Assembly (NCBI GenBank): GCA_017395245.1
Contig: JAFPVR010000116.1
Coordinates: 22,086-86,085, forward strand
Direction of reading: 5' to 3'
From: Bacteroidales bacterium
Lineage (GTDB): Bacteria; Bacteroidota; Bacteroidia; Bacteroidales; WCHB1-69
DNA: 64,000 nucleotides
The notes under the pieces were generated by a model that was not told the origin of the DNA, searched no databases, and worked only from the letters and a program-made list of their open reading frames with translations. Every line of letters begins with the position of its first letter. Within the stretch, counting starts at the first letter, position 1. A program made the translations under genes and the position numbers. This document shows, one piece after another, positions 11,479 to 20,809 of the stretch.

Positions 11479-12561
11479 ATGTCAAAGAAACCACATAGAT
11501 TTAACGCCCTGATCGACGCCATGGACACGTTCCTGCGCACGCCCGCGACGGTCACGGACGGTCGTTGCCACGTGCGCGATGCGGTGGATATGAAGCGCAT
11601 CATGATCACGGTGATGATTGCGCTGACCCCCGCGTTGGTTTTCGGCTGGTGGAACGTTGGTTTTCAACACTTCGATATGATTAATAATGGTGGTAGCATT
11701 GCAACTCGTTGGCAATGTCTCTGGTACGGCTTCCTGAAGTGGCTGCCGTTGGTCATTGTGACCTACGTGAGCGGACTCGGGGTGGAGGTGCTTTTTGCGC
11801 AGATCCGCAAGGAGGAAGTCGCGGAAGGTTTCTTTGTCACGGGCTTTCTCATCCCCATGATTATGCCGCCCGATGTGCCATTGTGGATTGTTGCGGTGGC
11901 CACCATCTTCGCCGTGATTTTCGGCAAGGAGGTCTTCGGCGGTACGGGCTACAACTTCTTGAACCCTGCACTGTTAGCCCGTGCTTTCGTCTTCTTCGCC
12001 TACCCGTCGGTGATTTCCGGCGACCAAGTCTGGGTCTCCGGTGTTGATGCCGTTACGTGCGCGACCCCGTTATCCTTCGTCATGAACGGTCACCCCGAGG
12101 CGGTGCCTTCCACGGCGATGCTGTTCTTTGGTACTATCCCCGGCTGCATCGGGGAGACCTGCAAATTGGCCATTCTGCTCGGTGCGGCCATCCTCCTCGT
12201 TACGCAGGTGGCCGACTGGCGCATTATGCTCTCCGTCTTCACCGGCGGCTATCTGACGGCGGCCATCTTCCATGTCACAGGACTTTGTCCCGTCGAAGCC
12301 CATGACCAACTGCTGATGGGTGGCTTCATGTTTGGCGCGGTCTTCATGGCCACCGACCCCGTCACCGCTGCGCACACCCGCGACGGCAAGTACATTTATG
12401 GACTGCTCATCGGCATCCTCGCCATCCTCATCCGCACCCTCAACAAGGGCTACCCCGAAGGCATGATGCTCGCCATCCTGCTGATGAACATCTTCGCCCC
12501 GCTCATCGACTACTGCGTGGTCCAAAGGCACATTAAACGACGGGTGAGACGTAAGACTTGA
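11479..12561 (+). CDS. nqrB: Na(+)-NQR subunit B
   Basis: HVRDAVDMKRIM, KEVFGGTG, DAVTCATPL (FMN-Thr), FMATDPVT, YPEGMMLAIL; own TACTTTTG promoter at ~11455. Confidence 0.93.
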   Translation: MSKKPHRFNALIDAMDTFLRTPATVTDGRCHVRDAVDMKRIMITVMIALTPALVFGWWNVGFQHFDMINNGGSIATRWQCLWYGFLKWLPLVIVTYVSGLGVEVLFAQIRKEEVAEGFFVTGFLIPMIMPPDVPLWIVAVATIFAVIFGKEVFGGTGYNFLNPALLARAFVFFAYPSVISGDQVWVSGVDAVTCATPLSFVMNGHPEAVPSTAMLFFGTIPGCIGETCKLAILLGAAILLVTQVADWRIMLSVFTGGYLTAAIFHVTGLCPVEAHDQLLMGGFMFGAVFMATDPVTAAHTRDGKYIYGLLIGILAILIRTLNKGYPEGMMLAILLMNIFAPLIDYCVVQRHIKRRVRRKT

Positions 12562-12633
12562 GACTTGAGACTTAAGACTTGAGACTTGAGACTTAAGACT
12601 TAAGACTTGAAACTTGAAACCTGAAACTTGAAA
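12545..12633 (+). repeat. TTGAGAC/TTAAGAC heptamer array overlapping the nqrB stop
   Basis: About 12 units; the nqrB TGA lies inside a unit. Confidence 0.9.
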
Positions 12634-12639
12634 CCCAGA

Positions 12640-13254
12640 ATGAAGAACTTCACCAACACCTACATCTTCCTATACATCACCGCGTTAGTCGTCGTCATCG
12701 CCGTGGTGCTCACCCTCGTTTACACAGGATTGGCGCCGCGTCGTGACCGCAACAAGCAAGCCGAAAAGTGCCAGCAGATCCTGCGGGCGGCGGGTCATGA
12801 TATCGACCGTTCGAAAGCCGTGGAGGCGTTCTCGAATCTTGCCGAGCCGCTGACCGAAGATGGCCAGCAGTATCGGGTTGTCTGTTCCGACGGCACCTCC
12901 GGCATTGCCGTGCGCCTCGACGGCAAAGGACTTTGGGGGCCGATTTGGGGCTATGCGGTGGTTTCGGCGGACGGACAGATGCTCAAAGGTGTCAGTTTCG
13001 ACCACAAGTCCGAAACGCCTGGTTTGGGTGCGAAGATTACCGAAGGGGCGTTTATGAAAGCTTTCGAAGGGAAGAAACTCTACGACAAGGATGGCAATTT
13101 CGTGTCTGTCAGGGTGTTGAAGCCGGGCACCTCCCCCGAAATCGATGACGAGAACCGTGTGGACGCCATCTCCGGCGCGACGATCACTTCCCGCGGAGTG
13201 GATGATATGATGCGGTCCTCAATTCACAATTCACAATTCACGATTCACAATTAA
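12640..13254 (+). CDS. nqrC: Na(+)-NQR subunit C
   Basis: GKGLWGPIWGY, HKSETPGLGA, VDAISGATITS (FMN-Thr). Confidence 0.92.
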   Translation: MKNFTNTYIFLYITALVVVIAVVLTLVYTGLAPRRDRNKQAEKCQQILRAAGHDIDRSKAVEAFSNLAEPLTEDGQQYRVVCSDGTSGIAVRLDGKGLWGPIWGYAVVSADGQMLKGVSFDHKSETPGLGAKITEGAFMKAFEGKKLYDKDGNFVSVRVLKPGTSPEIDDENRVDAISGATITSRGVDDMMRSSIHNSQFTIHN

Positions 13255-13258
13255 TGCC

Positions 13259-13858
13259 ATGAAAAAATACCTCGGACCTCTCAGCAAAGACAACCCGATT
13301 TTGGTGCAGACCCTTGGTGTCTGTTCGGCGTTGGCGGTGACCGCGCAGCTCAAGCCTGCCGTGGTCATGGCCCTCTCCGTGACCGTGGTGTGCGCCTGTT
13401 CCAACTTTTTCATCTCGCTGATGCGCAATACGATACCGCCGCGCATCCGCATTATCGTGCAGTTGCTCGTGGTCTCCTTCTTCGTCATCTTGGTGGATTT
13501 GCTGTTGCAGTCGTACCTCTACGATGTGAGCAAGATGCTATCGGTGTTCGTCGGGTTGATCATCACCAACTGTATCATAATGGGCCGGTTGGAGGCTTTC
13601 GCCTTGTCACACAAGCCGTTGTCCTCGCTCATGGACGGCATGATGAACGGCCTCGGCTATGGCTTGGTGCTCGTCGTGGTGGCCTTCTTCCGTGAACTTC
13701 TCGGTTCGGGCACACTGTGGAACCACCAAGTCGTCCCGGATAGCTGGTACGCCGCCGGCTATCTCAACAACGGATTGATGATTCTGCCGCCGATGGCGTT
13801 GATATTGGTCGGGGTGATTATTTGGGCGAAGGGGCCAAGAACCAAGGTGGGTGCCTGA
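13259..13858 (+). CDS. nqrD: Na(+)-NQR subunit D
   Basis: DNPILVQTLGVCSALAVT, LIITNCIIMGRLEAFA. Confidence 0.93.
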   Translation: MKKYLGPLSKDNPILVQTLGVCSALAVTAQLKPAVVMALSVTVVCACSNFFISLMRNTIPPRIRIIVQLLVVSFFVILVDLLLQSYLYDVSKMLSVFVGLIITNCIIMGRLEAFALSHKPLSSLMDGMMNGLGYGLVLVVVAFFRELLGSGTLWNHQVVPDSWYAAGYLNNGLMILPPMALILVGVIIWAKGPRTKVGA

Positions 13859-14005
13859 TTCCTATAGCCTTGATGCTATCCGCACTTGCAGTGTTACGAC
13901 AAATCCCATTGTTGAATAAAAAGAGCGAAAAATCAACTTTATCGTTGAATTATATGGTTTGTGTTAGAAAAAAATGTATCTTTGCAGCCATAAAGTGAAA
14001 GCAAT

Positions 14006-14353
14006 ATGATAACAGTTGAAGATGTTAAAGCGTTTCTGAATCAGTTCAATATAAAGGCGCAGGTGTTCGGGATAGTTTTTAGAGACGATAGACCCAAAAA
14101 CAGAAAGGCTTTGGTACAGTTGGAACTTACGCAGTTACAGCGCGAAAAAATTGTGAAAAGCCTTCTTCCTAAGGACTATGTGGAAGGTCCCATGGTTGAT
14201 ATGCTGAACCAGAAGGAGGAGATGTGGGTCTTTGGCAAGAGCGTGAATGGACAAGAAGTGTATATCAAAATCACGCTGGGTCATAAAAATGACCAAACTG
14301 TCTGTATATCGTTTCATATTGCTGAACATCCGTTGACATACCCATTTAAATAA
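14006..14353 (+). CDS. MqsR-like putative type II toxin
   Basis: DYVEGP, MWVFGKSVNGQEVYIKI, CISFHIAE; own promoter TATCTTTG at ~13977; lower GC. Confidence 0.75.
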   Translation: MITVEDVKAFLNQFNIKAQVFGIVFRDDRPKNRKALVQLELTQLQREKIVKSLLPKDYVEGPMVDMLNQKEEMWVFGKSVNGQEVYIKITLGHKNDQTVCISFHIAEHPLTYPFK

Positions 14354-14360
14354 TAATGCT

Positions 14361-15359
14361 ATGAAGATACCAAACAGCCCATTAACAGGCAAGCCCATGC
14401 GGGTGGTTTACGAGCCAGACACAGAGACGTATCGCGGAGAAGAGTATAGCTTTACATATATAACGTTCCGCGATGAAGAGAAAGGCGAGAGCTATACTAC
14501 TACGGAAAGCGACGGTATATGGCTTAGTCAGTTGACTAACCAGTATCGCGAAAAGTATGGCATTCCCTACACGGATGAGATTGTCGCTTTGCGTGAATTG
14601 TATGGTGTGAGTGCGGCCAAAATGTCCTTGATTTTGGGCTTTGGCGCAAACCAATACCGTCTGTATGAAGATGGCGAGGTGCCCAGCGAAAGTAATGGGA
14701 AGATGATACGAGGGGCGATGAATCCACGAGTGTTCCTCGACCTAGTGAAAAGCTCAAGGCATCAACTAACCGAAAAGGAGTATGCAAAGATTTCGGCCCG
14801 TGTGCAAGAGGTGATAGGCCAGTCGGAGCAATGGGTTGAAGAACAGCGCGCGTCTGAAAGGTTGTTCCGCAGCGGCAGAGGAATTGCCAACGGTTTCGCG
14901 CCGGTGTCCACAAAGAGGTTGAAAAACCTGTTGTTGTATGTGTTAGGAAAGATAGGCGAAACCTATCAGACGAAGATGAATAAAGTGCTGTTTTACATCG
15001 ACTTTCTTTCCTACCGTGAGCGCGGAATGGCCATCTCGGGTCTCGCCTACAATGCAATTGAGTTCGGTCCTGTGCCACAACGGTGGGACAGGGTCTACAG
15101 TGCGTTTGATGAGGTGGAGGAACGGTTGAGGCTGGTGCAGAATCAGGAATGTGTGTCGTTGGAAGCCGCGTGTGAAGCTGACATGAATGGCTTTGCCGAG
15201 CGGGAGGTTGCGATAATCGATGAGGTGTGTGCGAAAGTTAAAAACATGACTTCCCGTGCCATATCGAAAATGAGCCATGAGGAACCCGCATGGAAAAAAC
15301 ATGTCGGCAATCCCGAGACCATCCCCTTCAGTGAGGCTTTTACGCTTGTAGGAATGTAG
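14361..15359 (+). CDS. MqsA-like antitoxin: degenerate Zn-ribbon, HTH and DUF4065 (SocA/Panacea) domain
   Basis: HTH LRELYGVSAAKMSLILGFGANQYRLYEDG; TKMNKVLFYIDF, FGPVP, SHEEPAW. Confidence 0.8.
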   Translation: MKIPNSPLTGKPMRVVYEPDTETYRGEEYSFTYITFRDEEKGESYTTTESDGIWLSQLTNQYREKYGIPYTDEIVALRELYGVSAAKMSLILGFGANQYRLYEDGEVPSESNGKMIRGAMNPRVFLDLVKSSRHQLTEKEYAKISARVQEVIGQSEQWVEEQRASERLFRSGRGIANGFAPVSTKRLKNLLLYVLGKIGETYQTKMNKVLFYIDFLSYRERGMAISGLAYNAIEFGPVPQRWDRVYSAFDEVEERLRLVQNQECVSLEAACEADMNGFAEREVAIIDEVCAKVKNMTSRAISKMSHEEPAWKKHVGNPETIPFSEAFTLVGM

Positions 15360-15417
15360 AATTGTCACCTTTTAGAATAAGTGTACCTAACCCATAACCC
15401 CACAATCTGTAACTATT

Positions 15418-16020
15418 ATGTTAAACATTTTCCTCCGTTCCGTCTTCATTGACAATATGGTCTTCGCCTACTTCTTAGGGATGTGTTCCTACTTGGCCGT
15501 CTCCAAGAACGTGAAGACCGCCTTCGGGCTTGGCCTGGCCGTCTGCTTTGTGCTGACCGTCACCGTGCCTGTCAACTATCTGATAGACAAATACCTGCTT
15601 CGCGAGGGGGCACTCACGTGGGTGAGTGCGCGGTTCGCGGGCACGGATCTCTCGTTCCTGTCGCTGATTATCTTCATCGCGGTGATTGCGGGCATCGTGC
15701 AGCTGTTGGAGATGGTTTTCGAGCGGTATCTGCCCGCGCTGTATATGACCTTGGGCATCTTCCTGCCACTCATCGCCGTGAATTGCGCCATTCTCGGTGG
15801 CTCTCTCTTCATGCAGGAACGCAACTTCCCGACGGTGGCGCACAGCCTGGCCTACGCGCTCGGTTCCGGCATCGGCTGGCTGCTGGCCATCACCGCCTTC
15901 GCAGCCATCCGCGAGCGCCTCAAATACGCGAAAATCCCGCCCAAACTGCAAGGCAACGGCATCGCGTACATCATCACGGGACTGTTGGGAATGGGGTTTA
16001 TGGCGTTCCTCGGAATGTGA
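15418..16020 (+). CDS. nqrE: Na(+)-NQR subunit E
   Basis: FLGMCSYLAVS, LGIFLPLIAVNCAILGGSLFM. Confidence 0.95.
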   Translation: MLNIFLRSVFIDNMVFAYFLGMCSYLAVSKNVKTAFGLGLAVCFVLTVTVPVNYLIDKYLLREGALTWVSARFAGTDLSFLSLIIFIAVIAGIVQLLEMVFERYLPALYMTLGIFLPLIAVNCAILGGSLFMQERNFPTVAHSLAYALGSGIGWLLAITAFAAIRERLKYAKIPPKLQGNGIAYIITGLLGMGFMAFLGM

Positions 16021-16036
16021 AATAATAATAAAAAGC

Positions 16037-16141
16037 TTCTTTAAGCAGCCTCGGAGAGGCAAAACGCACGGAGTGCAAATAACCCCACACAAGCGACGAG
16101 GGAGCGCAGTGTGGGGCCTGAAACAAGAAACAAGAAACTTG
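16037..16141 (+). repeat. Family B element followed by GAAACAA heptamers
   Basis: GCAGCCTCGGAGAGGCAAAACGCACGGAGTGC..ACCCCACACAAGCG..CGCAGTGTGGGG. Confidence 0.85.
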
Positions 16142-16146
16142 AATTA

Positions 16147-17388
16147 ATGAGTGTAATAACGATCATAGCTGCAATCGTAATCTTCTTGGTAATCATCTGG
16201 TTATTAGTCGCTGTGCTGTTGTTTGCCCGCAAGAAGATGATTCCGGAGGGGAATGTGAAAATCACCATTAACGGGAAGCGGGAGATTGAACACGAGCGAG
16301 GGTGTACGCTGCTGCAGGCGTTGGCCGACGGGAAGGTGTTTGTGCCGTCGGCGTGCGGCGGGGGCGGCTCTTGCGGCACCTGTCGCGGCAAGGTGCTCTC
16401 CGGCGGCGGTGAGATTCTGCCCACCGAGCTGGCGCATATTTCCCGCAAGGAGGCCGCCGAGCACTACCGCCTCTTCTGCCAGGTGAAGGTGCGCGAGGAT
16501 ATGGAAATCGAGATTCCCGAGAGTTTCTTCGGCATCAAGAAGTGGGAATGCACGGTCGTTTCCAACCGCAACGTGGCCACCTTCATCAAGGAATTGGTGC
16601 TGCAACTGCCTGATGGCGAGGTGATGAACTTCCGTTCGGGAGGTTACATCCAGATAGACATCCCTGCTTGTGCCGTTAGTTTCGCGGACATGGATATCGA
16701 GGAGCCTTATCGCGCCGACTGGCAGAAGATGGGGCTTTTCGACCTGCGGATGAAGAACGGGACACCCACCGTCCGCGCCTATTCCATGGCCAACTACCCG
16801 GCGGAAAACGGCATTGTGATGCTCAACGTGCGCATCGCCACGCCGCCCTTCAACCCCAAGAAAGGGCGGATGGAGAAGGTGAGTCCCGGTGTCGCTTCGT
16901 CGTACATCTACAGTCTGAAACCCGGCGACAAGGTCTTTGTGTCAGGACCTTACGGCGACTTCTTCGTGGAGGACACCGACCGTGAGATGATGTTCATCGG
17001 CGGCGGCGCGGGCATGGCGCCCATGCGCTCGCACATCTTCGACCAGTTCAAGGTGAAGAATACGCAGCGGAAGACCACTTTTTGGTACGGCGGCCGCTCG
17101 CGCAAGGAACTCTTCTACATGGACGAGTTCGAACAACTGGCGGCGGAACACGACAATTTCGACTTCCATATCGCCCTCTCCGACGCGCTGCCCGAGGACA
17201 ACTGGACGGGCTTCACGGGCTTTATCCACGAGGTGATTTACACGCAATACCTGAAAGATCATCCTGCCCCCGAGGACATCGAGTACTACATCTGCGGTCC
17301 CCCGATGATGTTGCAGGCGGTGCTGAAGATGTTGGACAGTCTTGGCGTCACCAAGGAGATGATTCACTACGATGATTTCGGAGGGTAA
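16147..17388 (+). CDS. nqrF: Na(+)-NQR subunit F
   Basis: 2Fe-2[46 protein letters not shown]. Confidence 0.97.
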   Translation: MSVITIIAAIVIFLVIIWLLVAVLLFARKKMIPEGNVKITINGKREIEHERGCTLLQALADGKVFVPSACGGGGSCGTCRGKVLSGGGEILPTELAHISRKEAAEHYRLFCQVKVREDMEIEIPESFFGIKKWECTVVSNRNVATFIKELVLQLPDGEVMNFRSGGYIQIDIPACAVSFADMDIEEPYRADWQKMGLFDLRMKNGTPTVRAYSMANYPAENGIVMLNVRIATPPFNPKKGRMEKVSPGVASSYIYSLKPGDKVFVSGPYGDFFVEDTDREMMFIGGGAGMAPMRSHIFDQFKVKNTQRKTTFWYGGRSRKELFYMDEFEQLAAEHDNFDFHIALSDALPEDNWTGFTGFIHEVIYTQYLKDHPAPEDIEYYICGPPMMLQAVLKMLDSLGVTKEMIHYDDFGG

Positions 17389-17473
17389 AGTCAATGTTAA
17401 AAAATCGTATCTTTGCCGCCGTTTTCCGAAAACGGGAAAAATAATAAATGTTGAACAATAAAGACGCAAGATA

Positions 17474-18814
17474 ATGTTTGAAAGTTTGTCAGAAAGACTG
17501 GAACGCTCGTTCAAAGTGCTGCGCGGGCAGGGAAGAATTACCGAGATTAACGTGGCTGAGACCACCAAGGAGATCCGCAAGGCGCTCATCGATGCCGACG
17601 TGAGCTATGCCATCGCCAAGGAATTCACCAACAGCGTGAAGGAGAAGGCCATCGGCATGAACGTCATCAATGCTGTGTCGCCCAACCAGTTGATGGTCAA
17701 GATTACCTACGACGAGCTCATCGCCTTGATGGGCAGCGAGGCCGTGGACATCAACCTCAAGGGCTCGCCCGCCATCATCCTGATGGCCGGTCTGCAAGGT
17801 TCCGGTAAAACCACCCACAGCGCGAAGCTTGCCAATCTGTTGAAAACCAAGCGCGGCAAGAAACCGTTGTTGGTCGCCTGCGACGTCTACCGTCCGGCCG
17901 CCATCGACCAGCTGCAGGTGCTCGGCCAGCAGATCGGCGTGGAGGTCTATACCGAACCCGACAACAAGAAGCCCGTGGAGATTGCCAAGAACGCCGTGAA
18001 GTACGCCAAGGACTACGGCTACGACGTCGTGATCATCGATACGGCCGGCCGTCTCGCGGTCGACGAGGAGATGATGGACGAGATTGGCAATATCAAGGAC
18101 GCCGTGAACCCGCAGGAAATCCTCTTCGTGGTGGATGCCATGACGGGTCAGGACGCCGTGAACACCGCCAAGGCGTTCAACGACAAGCTCAACTTCGACG
18201 GCGTGATCCTCACCAAACTCGACGGCGACACCCGTGGCGGTGCCGCGTTGACTGTCCGCAAGGTCACCGGCAAGCCCATCAAGTTCATCGGTACCGGCGA
18301 GAAGATGGAGGCGTTGGACGTCTTCCATCCCGAGCGCATGGCCGAACGCATCCTCGGCATGGGCGACATCCGTTCCTTCGTGGAGCGCGCCCAGGAGCAG
18401 TTCGACGACGAGGAGGCCGCCAAGCTCTCCAAGAAGCTGGCCAAGAACCAGTTCGACTTCAACGACTTCAACCAGCAGATCCAGCAGATCAAGAAGATGG
18501 GCAATGTGAAGGATCTGATGGGCATGATTCCCGGCATGGGCAAGATCATCCGCAATATGGACATTGACGACGACGTTTTCAAGAGCGTGGAGGTGATGAT
18601 CCAGTCGATGACGCCCGAGGAGCGCGCCAACCCCGACATTATCAACGGTTCGCGCCGCAAGCGCATCGCGCGGGGCTCCGGCCGCGACATCCAGGACGTG
18701 AACCGCCTCATCAAGCAGTTCGACGAAATCCGCAAGGTGATGAAGGCCGTGAACAACGGCTCCGGCAAGACCCGCGGGATGATGCGTGCGATGAAGGCGC
18801 GGGGAAGACGATAA
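17474..18814 (+). CDS. ffh: Signal recognition particle protein
   Basis: GLQGSGKTT, DVYRPAA, DTAGR, TKLDGD, RIARGSG. Confidence 0.98.
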   Translation: MFESLSERLERSFKVLRGQGRITEINVAETTKEIRKALIDADVSYAIAKEFTNSVKEKAIGMNVINAVSPNQLMVKITYDELIALMGSEAVDINLKGSPAIILMAGLQGSGKTTHSAKLANLLKTKRGKKPLLVACDVYRPAAIDQLQVLGQQIGVEVYTEPDNKKPVEIAKNAVKYAKDYGYDVVIIDTAGRLAVDEEMMDEIGNIKDAVNPQEILFVVDAMTGQDAVNTAKAFNDKLNFDGVILTKLDGDTRGGAALTVRKVTGKPIKFIGTGEKMEALDVFHPERMAERILGMGDIRSFVERAQEQFDDEEAAKLSKKLAKNQFDFNDFNQQIQQIKKMGNVKDLMGMIPGMGKIIRNMDIDDDVFKSVEVMIQSMTPEERANPDIINGSRRKRIARGSGRDIQDVNRLIKQFDEIRKVMKAVNNGSGKTRGMMRAMKARGRR

Positions 18815-18850
18815 TCGAATCTTTCCAAGGAATACCGAATATTCGGCCGT

Positions 18851-18878
18851 GTAGAGACGCAAGGTTTTGCGTCTCTAC
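18851..18878. repeat. GTAG-type REP palindrome (family A)
   Basis: GTAGAGACGCAAGGTTTTGCGTCTCTAC. Confidence 0.85.
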
Positions 18879-18936
18879 GTGTCTTTTTTGACACATATCC
18901 AAGACATTGAACAGTAAACAATAAACATCCAAGATT

Positions 18937-19329
18937 ATGTATAACAGAGATTACACCCCCGAAAGAATAACAGAACTGAAGCCGAACGAGATCTTTGTGT
19001 TCGGCAGCAACCTTGCCGGCTCGCATGGCGGCGGCGCGGCACGCCTTGCCTATGATCGCTTTGGCGCGATATGGGGCCAAGGCGTGGGATTGCAAGGGCA
19101 GAGCTATGCCATTCCCACCATGCAGGGTGGGGTGGAAACTATCAAACCTTACGTGGATGAGTTTATGGAGTTCGCCAAACAACATTCAGCGTATAAGTTC
19201 CTTGTTACACGTATCGGCTGTGGTATCGCCGGATTCACGGACGAGGAGATTGCGCCTCTGTTCAAGCAGGCTATAGACTTGGAGAATGTAATCTTGCCAA
19301 AAGACTTCGTGGAAGTGTTATTTGGCTAA
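18937..19329 (+). CDS. A1S_2505-family (macro-domain-like) protein
   Basis: TPERITELKPNEIFVFGSNLAGSHGGGAA, SYAIPT, VTRIGCGIAG. Confidence 0.7.
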   Translation: MYNRDYTPERITELKPNEIFVFGSNLAGSHGGGAARLAYDRFGAIWGQGVGLQGQSYAIPTMQGGVETIKPYVDEFMEFAKQHSAYKFLVTRIGCGIAGFTDEEIAPLFKQAIDLENVILPKDFVEVLFG

Positions 19330-19370
19330 CAAGAGCCTGCGCATCCCTTTTATCGCAAGGAACGCCAAAA

Positions 19371-19401
19371 CAAAGCCCCGAAGATCCACCTCGGGGCTTT
19401 G
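19371..19401. terminator. Hairpin terminator between convergent genes
   Basis: CAAAGCCCCGA...TCGGGGCTTTG. Confidence 0.6.
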
Positions 19402-19453
19402 TGATAAATTTCCGCAAAGTTTCCGCGATTTCCGCAGATTTCCGCAATAAAAT

Positions 19454-20206
19454 CTACGCTTTCGTCTGGTTCGCAACACCCTCCTGCTTGGCCTTCAGCT
19501 CCTCTTCGGAGAGGCCGAGGTAGCGGTCGCTGATGACCTGCATCTCGCTGTCGAGTTCCAGCAGGTACGGCACGCCGGTGGGGATGTTGAGCTTCACAAT
19601 CTCCTCGTTCGACATGTTCTTCATGAACTTGATGATGCCGCGGATACTGTTGCCGTGGGCCACGACGAGCACCTGCTTGTACTCGCGCAGCGACTCCACG
19701 ATGTTGACGTTCCACAGCGGGATGATGCGCTTGGTGGCGTCCATCAGCGATTCGGTGGCGGGGCGGGCGGCCTTGAACTTGATGTCTTGGTAGCGGATGT
19801 CGAACTTCGGGTGGCGCGGGTCGTCGTCGGCCAGCGGCTGGGGTTGCACGTCGTAGCTGCGGCGCCACTTGGTGACCTGCTCCTCGCCGTAGACCTCCAC
19901 GGCCTGCTTCTTGTTCTGTCCTTGCAGGGCGCCGTAGTGCTTCTCGTTCAGCCGCCAGGTCTTGTAGACCGGCAGCCATAGACGGTCCATCTCCTCCAAA
20001 ACATAGTTCAGCGTCTTGATGGCGCGTTTCAGGAAAGAGGTGTAGGTGTAGCGGATGTCGATGCCGGGCTCGTCGCGCAGCACGCGGCCCGCCTGCTTGG
20101 CCTCTTCGATGCCCTGCGGCGTGAGGTCCACGTCCGTCCAGCCCGTGAACTGGTTCGACAGGTTCCATTCGCTTTGTCCGTGTCGTATGAGGATGAGTTT
20201 GTACAT
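19454..20206 (-). CDS. gpmA: 2,3-BPG-dependent phosphoglycerate mutase
   Basis: LIRHGQSEWN, FTGWTDV, LNEKHYGALQG, AHGNSIR, NIPTG. Confidence 0.96.
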   Translation of the reverse strand: MYKLILIRHGQSEWNLSNQFTGWTDVDLTPQGIEEAKQAGRVLRDEPGIDIRYTYTSFLKRAIKTLNYVLEEMDRLWLPVYKTWRLNEKHYGALQGQNKKQAVEVYGEEQVTKWRRSYDVQPQPLADDDPRHPKFDIRYQDIKFKAARPATESLMDATKRIIPLWNVNIVESLREYKQVLVVAHGNSIRGIIKFMKNMSNEEIVKLNIPTGVPYLLELDSEMQVISDRYLGLSEEELKAKQEGVANQTKA

Positions 20207-20213
20207 TCTTGGA

Positions 20214-20276
20214 ATGGTTATTGGTTATAGGTTATTGGTTATTGGTTATAGAAGTTTAGAGTTTAGAGTTTAGAGT
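20214..20276 (-). repeat. CTCTAAA and TAACCAA heptamers just upstream of the gpmA start
   Basis: Plus strand (ggttatt)n then (agtttag)n. Confidence 0.85.
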
Positions 20277-20292
20277 GGTCGTATGTCAGAGG

Positions 20293-20637
20293 TCAGAGTT
20301 TGTTCTCCGCATCGGGGAAGACGATGGCGGGTTTGAAGGTTTTGGCCTCCTCGAAGTCCATGGAGGCGTAGGAGAGGATGATGACGATGTCGCCGACGGC
20401 GGCTTTGCGGGCGGCGGCGCCGTTGAGGCAGATCACTCCCGAACCTTTCGCGCCCTTGATGACGTAGGTCTCCAGACGCTCGCCGTTGTTTACATTCAGC
20501 ACCTGTACCTTCTCGTTTTCGATCAGGTTGGCGGCCTCCATCAGCGCCTCGTCGACGGTGATGCTGCCCACATAGTGGAGGTTGGCCTCCGTGACGGTGG
20601 CGCGGTGAATTTTCGATTTCAGGATTTCGATGTTCAT
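20293..20637 (-). CDS. panD: Aspartate 1-decarboxylase
   Basis: [30 protein letters not shown]. Confidence 0.97.
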   Translation of the reverse strand: MNIEILKSKIHRATVTEANLHYVGSITVDEALMEAANLIENEKVQVLNVNNGERLETYVIKGAKGSGVICLNGAAARKAAVGDIVIILSYASMDFEEAKTFKPAIVFPDAENKL

Positions 20638-20702
20638 CGGTATAAATCGTTGTTTGTTATCTTCTGTATATTGTAACTGTGTGGTTTTCTTCGTTTCAAG
20701 AT

Positions 20703-20809
20703 TTTAGACTTTAGACGTAAGACTTTGGGGCTCTTTCGCAAGTCTTAAGTCTCAAGTCTCAAGTCTCAAGTCTCAAGTCTTAAGTCTCAAGTCTCAAGTC
20801 TCAAGTCTA
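20703..20809. repeat. Inverted pair of TTAGACT / AAGTCTC heptamer blocks overlapping the panC stop
   Basis: tttagactttagacgtaagact ... about 10 aagtctc/aagtctt units. Confidence 0.9.
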
